Shown: positions 58,470-64,000 of the stretch, in pieces | How the letters are laid out: each line of letters starts with the position of its first letter | Numbering within the stretch: the first letter of the stretch is position 1 | Origin: Eledone cirrhosa | Lineage: Eukaryota | Assembly: GCA_964016885.1 (NCBI GenBank) | Contig: OZ024740.1 | Coordinates: 280,364,001-280,428,000 of the forward strand | Direction: 5' to 3' | DNA: 64,000 nucleotides | Notes under the pieces: model-generated | The model's input: the letters and a program-made list of their open reading frames with translations, nothing else | Told to the model about the DNA's origin: nothing | Databases searched by the model: none | Translations under genes and position numbers: made by a program

Positions 58470-60730
58470 ATTGTTTCTACTTTTTGGCACAAGGCCAGCA
58501 ATTATCCTAGTGCATTACTGGTACTTTATTTTATCGACCCCGTAAGGATGAAAGGCAAAGTGAACTCAGACTGTAAAGGGCCGTAACTCTATGCTGCAAA
58601 GCATGGCGTCCGACCCTCTACCGATACTGCCAATCCACTGCCCCTTTATATAACAATATTATAAATTAATATTGTTTTTCTCAAGTGATACTCTCTTGCG
58701 AATAAGAAATGTAGAGTAACATTCTAATTTATAACTTTTTTGACATCTCGCAGTTGTACTTGTTTGGCAAGTGACTTGATCTGAGAACGCGTCTTAAAAC
58801 TAAAGAATTTGCATCGTATGTATGTGTGTATGTGTGTATGTGTGTGTGTGTGTATGTGTGGTGTGTGTCACATCGCTTGATATGTGGCATTGTTTGCGAT
58901 GCATGATATTGCTGGCTATAGGCAAGTCCCTAGCGGGGCTAAACAGCCACATAGGTGATGCTCAAGCTTAAGTATCAAGCGATGGCATTACTCGAAATCA
59001 AGTTGCAGCCAGCATCATGTGTGTATAGACCCATATTTCCCAAGGGAGTCTCAGGGGCGCCGTATTGATATACGGCGTTTCTAGGGCATTTATAAACTTG
59101 GCTGAGCCCATTTCCTTTCCAGGTCTGAATACAGCAGATTTCTTCCAGAGAAGGATAGAGAATGAGAGAATGGAAGTGAGAAAGAGATATAGACGAAGAA
59201 TTGACCTCAGTACAAGACTGGTACTTTTTTATCGACCTAAAATTGCATCGTGGAAGAATCAAATCAGTCATTCAAAAACACACAAAAAATATTAAATTCA
59301 CTTTACATTTTATCAGTTGTAAAATATGACACCAAAATTTTGACACCAAGAAATAATTGTTTCTACTTTAGGCACAAGGCCAGCAATTACCCAGTAAGTT
59401 ACTGGTACTTTATTTTATCGACCCCGTAAGGATGAAAGGCAAAGTTAACCTCGGCTGGATTTGAACTCAGTCCGTAAAGGGACGTAACTGTGCTGCAAAG
59501 CATGGCGTCCGACCCTCTACCGATACTGCCAATCCACCACCAATGACACCAACAAATAATGATGAATATAAAGCGAATTTAACAAATTTTGTGTATTTTT
59601 GAATAGCTAAAATGACTCTTTTACGATGTAATTAACTGAAGAACCTCTCACTGTTCTAGTGAAATAATTATTACTTATGACTCAGTAGAATGTGTTGGAG
59701 TGACAGAAACCGTAGATTCTCTCTCTCTCTCTCTTTCAGTTTTTTATTAAATCACTTTAATCAACTGTGTCGTGTCAACGAGACGGGTATTACCCAATAT
59801 GAAACGAGTATTACTATTGCAATAGTAAACCTCCCCACTCTCTTTCTTTTTGTCCGCTTTTTCTATGCTTTTTGGGAGCAGTTTTTCTACGACCTGATGA
59901 TGTCCTCCACGACCTCAATCAATATTTTATCATTTATTGAATACATTTATTGAATAAGAGCGGTGGATCGGTAGAGGGTCGGACGTTATTCTGTACAGCA
60001 TAGAGTTACAGCCCTTTACGGTCTGAGTTCAAATCCCGCCGAGGTTAACTTTGCCTTTCATCCTTATGCGGTCGATAAAATAAAGTACCAGTAATGCACT
60101 GGTGTAATTGCTGGTCTTGTGCCAAAAGTAGAAACAATTATTTATTGAATACATAGAGTTACATACCTTTACATTCTGAGTTACATACCTTTACATCCAG
60201 TTGAAGTTACAGATTTTCCAGCCTCTAAAATCCCAAACAGGGAGTGCAAAAAAAAAAAACAAAAAAAAAAAACGTGTCCCAAAACGGAGAGAAATGAGGC
60301 AAAATGGGGAGATTTTACCTAATGAAAGCTATACCCATTTTCACAAGAGAAGACATCTCTCAGTCACCACAATGTGGGTGGGAGAATTGACAGGTCTGAG
60401 GTTAGCTTTGCCTATTATCCTTACGAGATCGATAAAATAAAGTACCAGTAATGCACTGGCGTCGATTTAATCAACTTCCCCTCCCCCTATTTGTTGGCCT
60501 TGTGCCTAAATCAGAAAACATTATTTATTGAGTAAGGATATAGGGCGGTGGATTGGCAGTATCGGTAGAGGGTCGGACGCCATGCTTTCCAGCATAGTTA
60601 CGTCCCTTTACGATCTGAGTTCAAATCCCGCCGAGGTTGACTTTGCCTTTCATCCTTACGGGGTCGATAAAATAAAGTACCAGTAACTTACTGGGTAATT
60701 GCTGGCCTTGTGCCAAATGTAGAAACAATT
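58470..60730. mobile_element. Cluster of Nin-like SINEs: 58470-58644 (-), 59354-59540 (-), 59959-60140 (+), 60543-60730 (+), plus older fragments
   Basis: Family matches in both orientations. Confidence 0.85.
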
Positions 60731-61125
60731 ATTTATTGAGTACTCCAAGGGGCGGATGTGGGTGGGTTTGTACAATCAAAGCGTTCTACGAAATACCTTG
60801 CTGGATTGTATCGACTCTTTACATTCTATGTTCAGATTCTGCTGAGGTCAACTTAGCTTTTCATCCTTTCGTTGTTGATAAAATAAATCAAAAGTCAAGT
60901 ACTAGGGTCAGCATAATCAACTAACCTCTCTCCTCAAATTTCTGACTAGTGTTTCAACTAGAAAGAATTATTAAGTATGGTATATATCGCTGACTTTCGC
61001 CGAACCACAAAGCTGGGAGATGTATTGTTTATAAGGGATATGTACAAACTTCAACGCTTGCATTTTTTTTAAAGCGGTGTCGATGTGGAGATGCATGCAC
61101 ACAGAGACACACACACACACACACA

Positions 61126-61215
<90 letters not shown>

Positions 61216-61504
61216 TTTTAGGTTTGCACCTGAAAAGTTTCTTTCCAAGGTGCAAGCATATGCAATGTGTTTTATAGAGGACCACTAGTCGTCCATGTAT
61301 ACGAGTCGCTTCTCTTCACGCTACCAATGTTATGCAAGGGAACTCGACTCCAGTGTCATTACAGACGCCCCCCTTCTGTTGACGGGACGCTAGTCTGTCG
61401 CAAGGCTAACCCCAGCTGTTGTTGGTAGTCATTTTTTCCAACCGTGTGAACCGGAGTATTGCGCTTTAGATAATGATACAACGCGCCGCTCGGTCCGGGA
61501 ATTG

Positions 61505-61782
61505 GTCCGGGAATCGACTGAGGGGGCGGCAAAAGGCCAGATGGCATGACCATCTTACCTTTCATCAGGGATGTCACATGCACTTTCTCCAGCGGTAATC
61601 TTGTCCAGTCTGCGACTAACCCAGGGCTTGCTGCACTTCAGGCCGAGGTGGGCAAACTCTCTAAATATCAGTCTCTCTGCGACAGATTTGCGGTCGAGCC
61701 CGTAGCAGTAGAGACTTCTGGTGTCTTTGGCCCTAGGAACACCACCCTACTCACCACAATCGGCACGGAGTTGGCTACAAGC
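61505..61782 (+). mobile_element. CRE endonuclease fragment
   Basis: [41 protein letters not shown]. Confidence 0.78.
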
Positions 61783-62632
61783 ACATCTATCTAACAAAAG
61801 ATCTCAATGCTGTTAAGGTAGAGAGTGTCATATATTTCGGTTATCGGAAGAGTTTATTGGAGCTAGTGATGAGAATTTATTATATATAGATGCCAACTTG
61901 TAGTAGGGAAGAAAGTGTAAACAATAGTGGAACATGGAAAACGTTAACGCAGTTTGAGTTAGAAACAAAACCGTTATTCATTATAGTGTATAAAAACACT
62001 GTAAATGAAGTTTACCATAAATAATGATATAAAAGGACATAAAGCCAAACATGTGAAGGGAGATAACTTTAGCTACCTATTTGAAAGAGGTGTATAAATA
62101 GACTTATAAATATAAGACAACATTTTGCGAAAGTATTTAGGTTGTATTCATAATGCATATAATGAACTTGGGACAATGAATAATCATTAATGGTAGGAAA
62201 TCGAATTTACAACAGGAAATATTTGAATATATATGTTGCAATAAATGAATTCTCTTTCTGCGGCATTACAATAATGAATTAGACTAGTTAGAAAAAATGG
62301 CTAAACGTTTAAATTAGATCGGAGCAAAAATAATGTAGCTTGTAAGTATTAAAACAATAAACGTGTTTGTTGAGTAACAGATATGGGCTGAATACGAAAT
62401 TAAAGAGGGGATAAAAAAATTTAAAGTTGGATTATAAATAATTATAAATAGTTATTAGTTCATACACTTCGTTTCTGTATTTGTTTTGCAAATTATCTGA
62501 AAACTTGTGTTGAAACAGATATTGATATACTTTGGGAGTGCCCTGCTGCCAGTAAAAACACATGTGCCTGTTTAGTTTTCACTTCAGTTTATTATAAATT
62601 TTAATAACCGGATGGTTGTTTATTTGTTTATT

Positions 62633-62675
62633 GTCAAAACTCTTTCGTCATACGCTCTGCGACCTCCTCAGTGAC
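62633..62675 (-). ncRNA. Hammerhead in a solo PLE1-family 3' terminus (~62560-62730)
   Basis: gtca CTGAGGA g gtcg-cagagcgta-tgac GAAA gagt TT tgac; flanks homologous to ~4435-4650. Confidence 0.7.
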
Positions 62676-63583
62676 TAATTTGTTATTTTGTGTCTCTCCT
62701 TTGTTTTGTCTACACCATCTTGTTTTTGTGAGCTGACGCAGTACACAAAAACAAGATGGTGTAGGAGAGAACAACTGATCTAACTCAAGTGCACGAAATA
62801 CCTGACACTTGAGTCACTGGTGTAGCTTCACAGCTATGATAAAATATACATCACTCTAATTATGTATTGAGCTTTTTTTCTTTTAAACATCAGTATGAAT
62901 AGAATATATATATATATATATAACGAAGGAAATGTGGTAAGGAACCAGGTGGACCATAACGCACCAAAGTACTCAATACTTAGGGTAGTAGAGTGGGTAA
63001 TATATATATATATATATGAAATATTGTATGTGGTGTAAGTAGGAATCTTCTATCAAAAGATTTCGTTGTAAAACTTCCATAATTATTTGAGACGGACACG
63101 AACATCATAATACTGAGTGACTGAAATTAATAAGATTGTCCAGCTCTTGATAGATTCTAATAACAATGAACACTCAGAGCGACTGAATTCAAAGTAATAT
63201 TGTGTATGAAAAATATTAATAAGAACATCTAGGTACATCATGCGGTTGATAATTCAGTAAGATTATGTAAAAAAAAAAAGCAGAATAGAAAACTTGAATA
63301 ATTATTTAACAAAAGAAAATGTCTTATATTTTCAGAAAATTATTGTATATGTGAACATTGATTAGGCACATCTTCGTTCTGGTTTTATATGTAGTGAGCT
63401 GAATATTTACATTTCACTAGATGGACGTTATATTATGTTTCTGTTGTTAAGGTAGAATATTTGATTCATTGAAAATATAGAAGAAACAATATTAGTACTA
63501 CCGAAGTTAAGACTATAGCAGTTTCAATCCAAAATACACTTTTCTTCCTTTATAGTGTCGAAAATTATGTGTACCATTCAAAT

Positions 63584-63882
63584 CACTGGTCGCCAACCTT
63601 CCGGACATCACGGACCACTAAATTCATAATTTAAAATCCCGTGGACCGCTAATATTAATTTTTTTAAAAAGATAAATACATTTGTAAAATAATGATCAGA
63701 GAGCTTCCATTTTATTAATATGAAATACACCTATTAAAACATTTTTTAGGGGTTTATAAAATATATTTCAACCGAATATTATTTTTATTTTATTATTAAT
63801 AAGACATGAAAATTGCAAATAATGTCCAAATTTTTTGTGGACCACCAACATTTTCTCTCAGACTACCGGTTGGCGACAGCTG
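63584..63882. mobile_element. hAT (Charlie-like) MITE
   Basis: TIRs CACTGGTCGCCAACC / GGTTGGCGACAGCTG; degenerate 8-bp TSD ATTCAAAT / ATCGAAAT. Confidence 0.75.
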
Positions 63883-64000
63883 ATCGAAATTATGTTTAAA
63901 TATTTAACACAATTGAATAACAGATAAGACGCAGTAATTAATCACTTTTCATGTCTTCTTGTCGCAGAATCATTGTTATATTATTTTCGTTTATTTCAGG

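Overview
AT-rich animal genomic DNA saturated with microsatellites. The Nin-type tRNA-SINEs and repeat landscape suggest an octopod cephalopod (inference). One host gene is visible on + strand: a secreted protein with signal peptide, VWA domain and Thr/Pro-rich stalk. Its four coding exons (45289-45327, 53014-53041, 55777-56340, 58152-58391) have consistent phases, and the gene continues past the window. The rest is mobile DNA: four Penelope-like elements (PLEs; one has an uninterrupted RT+GIY-YIG ORF and an upstream ORF linked by a candidate U_UUU_UUA -1 frameshift), a near-full-length R4/Dong-like LINE stacked in (CATA)n, CRE and RTE fragments, Helitron-like elements, a hAT MITE and many SINEs. 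The main hidden layer is about 25 type-I hammerhead ribozyme (HHR) motifs from many families, folded by eye. At least five carry a compensatory U3:A8 core, several sit in 480-630 bp non-coding retrozyme-like units, and several sit in fold-back palindromes. Most ORFs in the supplied track are microsatellite artefacts. No activity, expression or novelty claim has been checked computationally.
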